Shown: positions 1 to 8,480 of the stretch, piece by piece | Layout: every line of letters begins with the position of its first letter | Numbering within the stretch: the stretch's first letter is position 1 | Source: Octopus sinensis | Lineage: Eukaryota | Direction: 5' to 3' | Assembly: GCF_006345805.1 (NCBI RefSeq) | Contig: NW_021828338.1 | Coordinates: forward strand, 1 to 9,617 | Length of the DNA: 9,617 nucleotides | Program-made: the position numbers and the translations under genes | Notes under the pieces: generated by a model | The model's database searches: none | What the model saw: only the letters and a program-made list of their open reading frames with translations | What the model was told of the DNA's origin: nothing

Positions 1-20
1 ACCACTCTGCCAGCTCAAAC

Positions 21-594
21 GATTATTATTATCATTGTTGTTGTTCTTGTTGCTCTCTGCGCCTCATTCGTTGCCCTTGTGGCAAATAATGGCAATTGAT
101 GTTATTATTGTTGAAGTTGTAGGAGTAGCGGTAATAGTAGCGGTGGTAGTAGTAGTAGTAGGAGTACTCTGTGTCAGAGGCAGCAGCAGCCGAAGTAACA
201 GTAGCAGTAATAGTAGTAGTAGTAACAAGATGTGTTGTTGTTTGTAGAGGCTGTTGTTGTTGGTGGTGGTAGTGGTGGTAGCAGTATTTGTGTGATGGTA
301 GTAGTAGTAGTAATAGTGGTGTTTGTGGTAGCAGTGCTAGTAGGAGTGGTAGTGGTTATGGTGGTTATTTTGGTGATAGTGGTAGTGGTAGTAGTAGTAG
401 TAGTGATGTTTATGGTGCTGGTGGTGGTGGTAGTAGTGGTAGTGGGGGTTATGGTTGTGGTGGTGTGTTTGTGGGTGGTAGTAGTATATAGTGGTGGTGG
501 TGTTGGTGGTAGTAGTAATGGTGGTGGTGGTAGCAGTAGCAGTAGTGGTGGTGGTTGTAGTGTTTGTGGTGGCGGCGGTAGCTCAAGTTTGTGA
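21..594. repeat. Compound trinucleotide microsatellite (TTA/TTG, GTA, GTG, GCA)
   Basis: Interrupted runs of gta/gtg/gca/ttg triplets. The Val/Ser/Gly-rich ORFs here are low-complexity artefacts. Confidence 0.9.
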
Positions 595-648
595 TAGTTT
601 TCAAGTTCTGTGCCACAATTTTAATAATACACATTTCTTGTTATTCTC

Positions 649-670
649 GTTGTTGTTGTTGTTGTTGTTG
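649..670. repeat. (GTT)n microsatellite
   Basis: Perfect gttgttgtt run. Confidence 0.9.
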
Positions 671-715
671 TAATTTTTATGTTTGTCATTTAACCCTAGG
701 TCAGTCCTGATCCAC

Positions 716-838
716 TAAAAGAAAAACTACGACGAAAAAACAACCGGGGTTACAAAAAAAATGAACAAAAAAAAAAAACAAGAAAAAAATAAACAAAGAA
801 AAAAAAACATGAAAAAGAATACAAAATAAAAACAGAAC
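716..838. repeat. A-rich low-complexity tract (AnC/AnG/AnT)
   Basis: Runs such as aacaaaaaaaaaaaacaagaaaaaaataaacaaagaaaaaaaac. Confidence 0.8.
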
Positions 839-920
839 ACAGGTATTCGCCATCCCTGACCATCCAACCGGACATTTGGTTTACGAAGGATAACAGCAGT
901 TATCACGTTAGCTTGGATGC

Positions 921-2084
921 TGGTGGTGGTGGTGGTGTTGTTGGTGGTGTGGTTGTTGTTGTTGTTGTTCTTGGTGGTGGTGGTGTTGTTGTTGGTGGTG
1001 GTGTTGTTGTTGGTGGTGTTGTTGTTGGTGTGTGTTGTTGGTGGTGGTGTTGTTGTTGGTGGTGGTGTTGTTGTTGGTGGTGGTTTGTTGTTGGTGGTGG
1101 TGATGTTGTTGTTGTTGTTCTTGGTGGTGGTGGTGTTGTTGTTGGTGGTGGTGATGTTGTTGGTGGTGGTGTTGTTGTTGGTGGTGGTGATGTTGTTGTT
1201 GTTGTTCTTGGTGGTGGTGGTGTTGTTGTTGGTGGTGTGTTGTTGTTGGTGGTGGTGTTGTTGTTGTTGTTGTTGTTGTTGGTGGTGGTGGTGTTGTTGT
1301 TGGTGGTGGTGATGTTGTTGTTGGTGGTGGTGTTGTTGTTGTTGTTGTTGTTGGTGGTGGTGATGTTGTTGTTGTTGTTCTTGGTGGTGGTGGTGTTGTT
1401 GTTGTTGGTGGTGTTGTTGTTGGTGGTGGTGATGTTGTGTGTTGTTGTTCTTGGTGGTGGGGGTTGTTTGTTGGTGTGTGATGTTGTTGTTGGTGGTGTT
1501 GTTGTTGTTGTTGTGTGTTGGTGGTGGTGATGTTTTGTTGTTGTTCTTGTGTGGTGGTGTTGTTGTTGTTGGTGGTGTGTTGTTTGTGGTGGTGATGGTG
1601 TTGTGTTGTTGTTCTTGGTGTGGTGGTGGTGTTGTTGGGGTGGTGGTATGTTGTGGTGGTGGTGTTGTTGTTGTGGTGGGATGTTGTTGTGTGGTGTTTG
1701 TTGTGGTGGTGTTCTTGGTGGTGGTGGTTTGTTGTTGGTGGTGGTGGTGATGTTGTTGTTGGTGTTGTTGTTGTTGTTCTTGGTGGTGGTGGTGTTGTTG
1801 TTGGTGGTGGTGATGTTGTTGTTGGTGTTGTTGTTGTTGTTCTTGGTGGTGGTGGTGGTGGTGTTGTTGGTGGTGGTGATGTTGTTGGTGGTGGTGTTGT
1901 TGTTGGTGGTGGTGATGTTGTTGTTGGTGTTGTTGTTGTTGTTCTTGGTGGTGGTGGTGTTGTTGTTGTTGGTGGTGATGTTGTTGGTGGTGGTGTTGTT
2001 GTTGGTGGTGGTGATGTTGTTGTTGGTGGTGTTGTTGTTGGTGGTGGTGATGTTGTTGTTGGTGGTGTGGTTGTTGTTGTTGTT
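921..2084. repeat. ~1.16-kb (GGT/GTT)n compound array with recurring TTC and GAT variant triplets
   Basis: Almost only G and T on the + strand. A gttcttg(g)t module recurs at 967, 1117, 1204, 1377, 1447, 1543, 1611, 1711, 1776, 1839 and 1941. Confidence 0.92.
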
Positions 2085-2178
2085 TACCTCCGTTTCAAGA
2101 GGTTGTTGTTATTGCGGTACCAATACACGCAAACTTTTTTTGTTTCCGTCGTCGTCGTCATCGTGGAGTATTTGTATA

Positions 2179-2179
<1 letters not shown>

Positions 2180-2209
<30 letters not shown>

Positions 2210-2290
2210 GGTGGTGTTAGTAATAGTGGTGATGGTGGTGGCAGTTGTAGTAGTATTAGAAGTAGTGGTAGTAGCGGTAGTTGTATTGTT
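2180..2290. repeat. (GTA/GTG)n microsatellite
   Basis: gtagtagtag...gtggtggtg runs. Confidence 0.85.
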
Positions 2291-2292
2291 GC

Positions 2293-2324
<32 letters not shown>

Positions 2325-2716
2325 CATGCATATATATATTTTTACATATATATATTTACACATATATATATATATATATATATACATGCATATATATATT
2401 TTTACATATATATATTTACACATATATATATATATATATATACATAACATGCAAATATATATATTTACATATATATAATACACATGCATAAATGTAAATA
2501 TTTCCACACACACACACCACATATATATATATATATATACATACATGCATATATGTAAATATTTACACACACACACATATATACATATATAAATATATAA
2601 ATATATACATGCTTATATATATGTTTACATATATATAATATTATACATGCTTATATATATATGTTTACATAATATATAATATATATATATTATATATATA
2701 CATGCTTATATATATA

Positions 2717-2760
<44 letters not shown>

Positions 2761-2798
2761 TAACTATGCATATATATATATATACACACACATAACTA

Positions 2799-2848
<50 letters not shown>

Positions 2849-3208
2849 GTTTACATATATACATATATCTATATTACATATATATATATGTCTACATATA
2901 TATATATATATATTCTGATATCATAACACTGTAGTTGTCACGTATATACACACATGTATGCATATACATACATGCATACATTCAAACACGCATACACGTA
3001 TATATAAACATAGGTATATTGAAAATTGGCTTCTTTCGAATACGTGTAACTCTATTTACATGCGTCTGCGCACGCGCGTGTGTGTATACCGGATAAGTAG
3101 TACAAATAGGATAAACAAAATTTAAAACATGAGTATATACACACACACATACACACATATACACACTCGTTGCTCCAGTTGTTGACACACGAGCACACAC
3201 ATAGGTAT

Positions 3209-3240
<32 letters not shown>

Positions 3241-3260
3241 GCATTCACATTTATATATAT
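2291..3260. repeat. Compound (TA)n/(CA)n microsatellite region with short local duplications
   Basis: Long TA runs and CA runs; an exact 60-bp period at ~2303-2442; tacatgcttatata repeated at 2606, 2644 and 2699. A short, more complex stretch lies at ~3000-3130. Confidence 0.85.
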
Positions 3261-3264
3261 ATAT

Positions 3265-3457
3265 GTGACCTCGTGTGTACCGTTGGCGATTTTTTTCCCT
3301 CTTTCTTCCCTTCTCTGGATCTTTCTTCTCTCCTATGCTTCCGACGAAGAGCTCCGCTCGAAACGTTAAACCCTCCTTCTTTCCTGAGCGTCCAATAATA
3401 CTATATTTGTTCCACGTCCCTCGCGTTGTGTGTTTTTTTGTGCTTTCTTGTTTGGAT

Positions 3458-3460
<3 letters not shown>
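3265..3460 (+). mobile_element. Probable Penelope-like element terminal (pseudo-LTR) remnant
   Basis: Non-repetitive island between TA tracts carrying the motif CCGACGAAGAGC-TCC-GCTCGAAACGT, which fits the CTGANGAAG..CGAAACGT pattern of Penelope-associated minimal hammerheads. Boundaries are approximate. Confidence 0.45.
3337..3371 (+). ncRNA. Minimal type I hammerhead ribozyme-like motif (U4C variant)
   Basis: GCUU (3337-40), CCGACGA core (3341-47), extra A, helix II GAGC/UCC/GCUC (3349-59), GAAA (3360-63), palindromic ACGU helix III, H17=U (3367), AAAC (3368-71). Helix I pairs at 3 of 4 positions. Confidence 0.55.

Positions 3461-3461
<1 letters not shown>

Positions 3462-3499
<38 letters not shown>
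3462..3499. repeat. (TA)n microsatellite
   Basis: Perfect TA run. Confidence 0.95.
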
Positions 3500-3502
<3 letters not shown>

Positions 3503-3544
3503 TGTTTCTACACATATACATATACACAAGTAAGCATATAAATG

Positions 3545-3682
3545 CAAAACAAGTTGGCAAAATTAGTACTCGACTACCGAAGGTAGAGCTATATGCTTTT
3601 TTATTAAAACTGCAAAAACATCACCAAACTGTTACTCAGAATTTCACGTTCCAGTTCGTCGGACATTTGCGATCAAGACAAG
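3545..3682 (-). mobile_element. Probable second Penelope-like terminal remnant (minus strand)
   Basis: Carries a hammerhead-like motif followed ~25 nt downstream by AATAAA on the minus strand (3605-3600). Boundaries are approximate. Confidence 0.4.
3625..3669 (-). ncRNA. Type I hammerhead ribozyme-like motif (U4C variant)
   Basis: Minus strand reads CAAAUGU-CCGACGA-ACUGGAACGU-GAAA-UUCUGAG-U-A-ACAGUUUG. Helix I is CAAAUGU/ACA(G)UUUG (7 bp with one bulge). Helix II is closed by A-U and C-G. Helix III is near-palindromic (A-U, U-G, U-A, C-G) with a 1-nt loop. H17=A. Confidence 0.55.
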
Positions 3683-3740
3683 TATATACGCACATTCATA
3701 TATGTATGTGTATATAAATATATATTATCTATTTTATTTA

Positions 3741-4043
3741 TGCGCCCTTTTCAAGCCTAGCCAGGTTCACGGGCCTGGTTTCCCGGTTTCTGTGGCGTAT
3801 GTGTTCCCCCTAGCTGGACGGGACACCAGTCCATCGCAGCGTTACTCAAGAAACAGGAAGAGAGAGTGAGAGAAAGTTGGGGCGAAAGAGTACAACAGGG
3901 GTCGCCACAAACCCCTGCCAGAGCCTCGAGGAGCTTTTAGGTGTTTTTGCTCAATAAACACACAACGCCCAGTCTGGGAATCGAAACCGTGATCCTCCGA
4001 CCGCGAGTCCGCTGCCCTAACCACTGGGCCATTGCGCCTCCAC
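3741..4043 (-). mobile_element. tRNA-derived SINE
   Basis: Minus strand begins GTGGAGGCGCAATGGCCCAGTGGTTAGGGCAGCGG. A box TGGCCCAGTGG (4031-4021), B box GGTTTCGATTCCC (3988-3976), then a non-tRNA body and an A-rich 3' flank. Confidence 0.88.
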
Positions 4044-4140
4044 GTATATATTTATATAGATGTGAATATATACATGCACATGTGGGTACACACACAGACA
4101 CACACATATGCACAAACATATACACACACACATGTATATA

Positions 4141-4249
4141 TGCAAGACTTTCTTCAGATATAAAAGATGGTGGTTAAAAGAAGATACTTTACAATTTTGC
4201 TACCAAATAGGTGACCAATCAAAATTGTCTCTAAATTAAAAACAGTACG
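4141..4249 (+). mobile_element. 3'-terminal fragment of RLE LINE family 2
   Basis: 4141-4190 matches 8696-8745 at 44/50 nt. Similarity continues (ctaccaaataggtgaccaatcaa vs ctaccaagtacgtggccggtcaa). The fragment runs into (TACA)n. Confidence 0.75.
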
Positions 4250-4269
4250 TACATACATACATACATACA

Positions 4270-4303
<34 letters not shown>

Positions 4304-4312
4304 CATGCATAC
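4250..4312. repeat. (TACA)n microsatellite
   Basis: Near-perfect TACA run between two LINE fragments. Confidence 0.95.
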
Positions 4313-4728
4313 ATAGCCACTTATAGTAAAAAGAAATAATGGTGGAATGTCCCAGTGAAGACCTCAATAAAATGTAAGAACAACAGGCCTGATATAATGA
4401 TTTGGGATAGAGAAGAGAAACTGGACATAGTTGTGGAAATTAGCTGCCCAACGGATGTTAACATAAAGCTGAAGATCAGTGAAAAAGAGAACACCTATGC
4501 TGAACTATTGAGAAATCTGCAGTTACTCTATCCAGATTACAAGTTCAGGTTTATACCTGTAATTATTGAGGCCCTGGGATATGTAGAACACTGCCTAAAT
4601 ACCAATCTTGAGAAGTTAGGCTTCTCAAAACCAGAAAGGAGAGTGCTAATTAATTCAAAGACTACAGAACCAAAGCTATCAGTGGAACTGTAAAAATCTG
4701 TAAAACTTTCCAGAAGTTTATCATTTAT
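4313..4728 (+). pseudogene. Decayed C-terminal restriction-like endonuclease (RLE) domain of an R2-superfamily (R4/Dong-like) non-LTR retrotransposon, family 1
   Basis: Reads IATYSKKK*WWNVPVKTSIKCKNNRPDIMIWDREEKLDIVVEISCPTDVNIKLKISEKENTYAELLRNLQ...GY...LGFS, with the RPD..E..D.N..EK...Y..L signature (RPD at 4385-4393). Correcting a TAAT duplication (~4647-54) and an extra A (~4672-74) gives the end IQRLQNQAISGTVKICKTFQKFII. In-frame stop at 4337. Confidence 0.85.
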
Positions 4729-4774
4729 GTATATATGAGTATGTCTAGATATGCAACTATGTGCATGAGAATAC

Positions 4775-4970
4775 ATACATAAAACATACAAATCTGCACA
4801 TACATACATACATACTACATACATACATACTACATACATACATACATACATACATACATACATACATACATACATACATGCATGCATACATACATACATA
4901 CATAAATACATACATACATACATACATACATATACATACATGCATGCATACATACGTGCATACATACATA

Positions 4971-5002
<32 letters not shown>

Positions 5003-5279
5003 CATACATACATACATACATACACATTTACATACATACATACATACATACATGCATGCATACATACATACATAAATACATACATACATACATACATATA
5101 CATACATACATACATACATACATACATACATACATGCATGCATACATACGTGCATACATACATATACATACATACATACATACATACACATTTACATACA
5201 TACATACATACATACATGCATGCATACATACATACATAAATACATACATACATATACATACATACATACATACATACAA
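4775..5279. repeat. ~500-bp (TACA)n tract with a ~165-190-bp higher-order variant pattern
   Basis: Variants recur in the same order: TAAA at 4903/5073/5237, CGTG at 4955/5149, CACATTTA at 5023/5187. Confidence 0.92.
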
Positions 5280-5380
5280 AAATACCCTGTTGTTGATGTT
5301 GATGTTGAAATTCCAGTGAAACCGGCTCTTTCTCTATTGGTAAGAAATCTTGAAATAAAACTCAACAATAACATACATAC

Positions 5381-5832
5381 GAGTAGCTGTGTGGTAAGTA
5401 GCTTGTTTACCAACCGCATGGTTCCGGGTTCAGTCCCACTGCGTGGCACCTTGGGCAAGTGTCTTCTGCTATAGCCTCGGGCCAACCAAAGCCTCGTGAG
5501 TGGATTTGGGAGACGGAAACTGAAAGAAGCCCTTCGTATATATGTATATATTATGTGTGTGTGTGGTTGTTGTGTGTGTGTGTGTGTGTGGTGTGTGTGT
5601 ATGTGTGTGTGTGTTGTTGTGTTCTGTGTTTGTCCCCCTAGCATTGCTTGACAACCGATGCTGGTGTGTTTACGTTCCCGTCACTAGCGGTTCGGCAAAA
5701 GAGACCGATAGAATAAGTACTGGGCTTACAAAGAATAAGTCCCGGGGTCGAGTTGCTCGACTAAAGGCGGTGCTCCAGCATGGCCGCAGTCAAATGACTG
5801 AAACAAGTAAAAGAGTAAAGAGTAAAGAGTAA
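5381..5832 (+). mobile_element. tRNA-derived SINE with internal (TA)/(TG)n and (AGTAAAG)n tail
   Basis: A box TAGCTGTGTGG (5384-94), B box GGTTCAGTCCC (5427-37), CORE-like CCTTGGGCAAGT, internal microsatellite ~5537-5630, 3' end ...GACTGAAACAAGTAAAAG followed by AGTAAAG repeats. Resembles octopus SINEs from memory. Confidence 0.85.
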
Positions 5833-6210
5833 GCCTAGGCGATGCAAACCAGGACTGATGACGTCATCATGATAGGGTGAGAATGACTCCCAGATGTTAG
5901 CTTCCCATGAGGCATGAGGCCATGGCCAGAACAGTCTGGGGAAGGGTAACAAAAAATGAAAACACCCACAAACGAAGTTGAGCATATTGAGACCGATGGG
6001 TGAAAAGAAGTTGAAACATTTGGATTTTGTTAGAACTGAAAAAATTGAATCTTAAACTTTAAAAAAAAATTAAATGTAAAATTGGAAATTAAAATTTAAA
6101 TCATCCAGCAAATTAAGACAGAATATTTTTTTGCGTTGGACCACAAAGAAACGATATGTTTTGTTGTGGAATTCAGCTGCCATCTGGATACGAACCTGGT
6201 TAGAAAAACA
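5833..6210 (+). pseudogene. Decayed CCHC zinc-knuckle and N-terminal part of the RLE domain, RLE LINE family 2
   Basis: PRRCKPG..DDV (5834-65; a degraded CRLC-type motif), MTPRC*LPMRHEAMARTVW (5883-5939; compare the Y-LP-RH motif that follows the knuckle), then LDHKETICFVVEFSCHLDTNLVRKT (6136-6210) running in frame into monomer 1. Several frameshifts and stops. Confidence 0.65.
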
Positions 6211-8480
6211 CAAGAGAAAGGGGACATCTATGGAGCATTGATGAGGAGTTTGCAAACCCAGAACCTAAGATATACTTTCAGCTTCATATCTATTATTCTT
6301 GGAGCAACTGGATACATACCAACCAGACTGGAGCAAAGTACGGCTGAATTTGGGATCTACTCTGGAGCAAGGTTGCAAAGATAAGTATTTTGTTTTAACC
6401 ATCATTCTTTAAACCTTAAGAATGTCTTGTAGACTTTTTTCGAGAATGAAATTCTTTAGTTCATACGCTACGAAAGATAACGGTATCTGGGACTGTACAA
6501 GAGAAAGGGGACATCTATGGACCATTGATAAGGAGTTTGTAAAACCAGTACCCCAGATACGATTTTAGCTTCATATCTATTATTATTGGAGCAACTGGAT
6601 ACATACCAACCCTGGAGCAAAGTATGGCTGAATGGGGATCTACTCTGGAGCAAGGTTGCAAAGGTAAGTATCTTGTTTTAACCATCATTCTTTAAACTTA
6701 AGAAAGTTTTGCAAATATTTTTCGAGAACGCAAATCTTTAATTCATACGCTACGAAAGATAATAATATCTGGGACTATCGAGAAACGGGACATCTATGGA
6801 CCATTGATAGGAGTTTGCAAACCAGGAACCAAAGATATACTTTCAGCTTCATATCTATTATTCTTGGAGCAACTGGATACATACCAACCAGACTGGAGCA
6901 AGTACGGCTGAATTTGGATCTACTCTGGGCAAGGTTGCAAAAGTAGTATCTTGTTTTAACCATCATTCTTTAACTCTTAAGAAAGTCTTGCCAATATTTT
7001 TCGAGAACGCAAATCTTTATTCATACGCTACGAAAGATAATAGATCTGGGACTATACAAGAGAAAGGGGACATCTATGGACCATTGATAAGGAGTTTGCA
7101 AACCAGGAACCAAAGATATACTTTCAGCTTCATATCTATTATTCTTGGAGCAACTGGATACATACCAACCAGACTGGAGCAAAGTACGGCTGAATTTGGG
7201 ATCTACTCTGGAGCAAGGTTGCAAAAGTAAGTATCTTGTTTTAACCATCATTCTTTAACTCTTAAGAAAGTCTTGCAAATATTTTTCGAGAACGCAAATC
7301 TTTAATTCATACGCTACGAAAGATAATAATATCTGGGACTATACAAGAGAAAGGGGACATCTATGGACCATTGATAAGGAGTTTGTAAAACCAGTACCCC
7401 AGATACGATTTTAGCTTCATATCATTATTATTGGAGCAACTGGATACATACCAACCTGGAGCAAAGTATGCTGAATGGGGATCTCACTCTGGAGCAAGGT
7501 TGCCAAGGTAAGTATCTTGTTTTGAACCATCATTCTTTAAACCTTAAGAAAGTTTTGCAAATATTTTTCGAGAACGCAAATCTTTAATTCATACGATACG
7601 AAAGATAATAATATCTGGACTATACAAGAGAAACGGGACATCTATGGACCATTGATAAGGAGTTTGCAAACAGGAACAAAGATATACTTTCAGCTTCATA
7701 TCTATTATTCTTGGAGCAACTGGATACATACCAACCAGACTGGAGCAAAGTACGGCTGAATTTGGGATCTCTACTCTGGAGCAAGGTTGCAAAAGTAAGT
7801 ATCTGGTTTTTTAACCATCATTCTTTAACTCTAAGAAAGTCTTGCAAATATTTTTCGAGAACGCAAATCTTTAATTCATACGCTACGAAAGATAATAATA
7901 TCTGGGACTATACAAGAGAAAGGGGACATCTATGGACCATTGATAAGGAGTTTGCAAACCAGGAACCAAAGATATACTTTCAGCTTCATATCTATTATTC
8001 TTGGAGCAACTGGATACATACCAACCAGACTGGAGCAAAAGTCTACGGTGAATTTGGGATCTACTCTGGAGCAAGGTTGCAAAAGTAAGTATCTTGTTTA
8101 AACCATCATTCTTTAACTCTTAAGAAAGTCTTGCAAATATTTTTCGAGAACGCAAATCTTTAATTCATACCTACGAAAGATAATAATATCTGGGACTATA
8201 CAAGAGAAAGGGGACATCTATGGACCATTGATAAGGGTTTGTAAACCAGACCCCAGATACGATTTTGCTTCATACTATTATTTTGGAGCAACTGGATACA
8301 TACCAATCAGACTGGAGCAAAGTATGGCTGAATGGGGATCTACTCTGGAGCAAGGTTGCAAAGGTAAGTATCTTGTTTTAACCATCATTCTTTAAACCTT
8401 AAGAAAGTTTTGCAAATTTTTTTCGAGAACGCAAATCTTTAATTCATACGCTACGAAAGATAACGATAATTGGGACTATA
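6211..8480 (+). repeat. Tandem array of eight ~278-288-bp LINE-derived monomers with a trimeric higher-order repeat
   Basis: The anchor CAAGAGAAA(G/C)GGGACATCTATGGA, degenerate in one copy, lies at 6211, 6498, ~6779, 7057, 7344, 7625, 7913, 8201, and at 8481 (terminal unrearranged copy). Confidence 0.95.

Larger units (their letters stand above)
4313..5380 (+). mobile_element. 5'-truncated RLE LINE copy (family 1) with probable 3' UTR containing an expanded TACA tract
   Basis: RLE coding end, unique sequence to ~4800, TACA tract, unique 5280-5370 with AATAAA at 5354-59, then ACATACATAC. Assigning 5280-5370 to the element is inference. Confidence 0.6.

Noticed and set aside
685-900. Possible decayed interspersed repeat (taaccctaggtcagtcctgatc...tgaccatcc) split by the A-rich tract
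   Set aside because: Only a vague resemblance from memory; no internal support. A repeat-library search is needed.
35-2926. Long Val/Gly/Leu/Cys-Trp and Ile/Tyr ORFs, up to 275 aa
   Set aside because: Stop-free translations of GGT/GTT/GTA and TA repeats, open in several frames at once, with no domain content.
3168-3180. 13-mer CGTTGCTCCAGTT shared with the SINE body at ~9103-9115
   Set aside because: Too short, with no flanking similarity; could be chance or a tiny remnant.
3960-4043. Functional tRNA genes at the three SINE heads (also 5381-5445 and 8992-9065)
   Set aside because: A and B boxes are present, but each continues into a SINE body and I could not form a complete cloverleaf with an acceptor stem.
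4537-5319. MYVC/HTYI repeat ORFs on both strands
   Set aside because: Translations of (TACA)n; not genes.
6211-8480. CRISPR-like or regularly interspaced repeat array
   Set aside because: Monomers are homologous along their whole length with no unique spacers, and the context is eukaryotic.
6498-8480. Single-base indels between equivalent monomers as real variation
   Set aside because: Many fall in homopolymers or short motifs (aaccctgg/aacctgg, gatctact/gatctcact/gatctctact) and look like unpolished long-read errors. They cannot be interpreted without reads.
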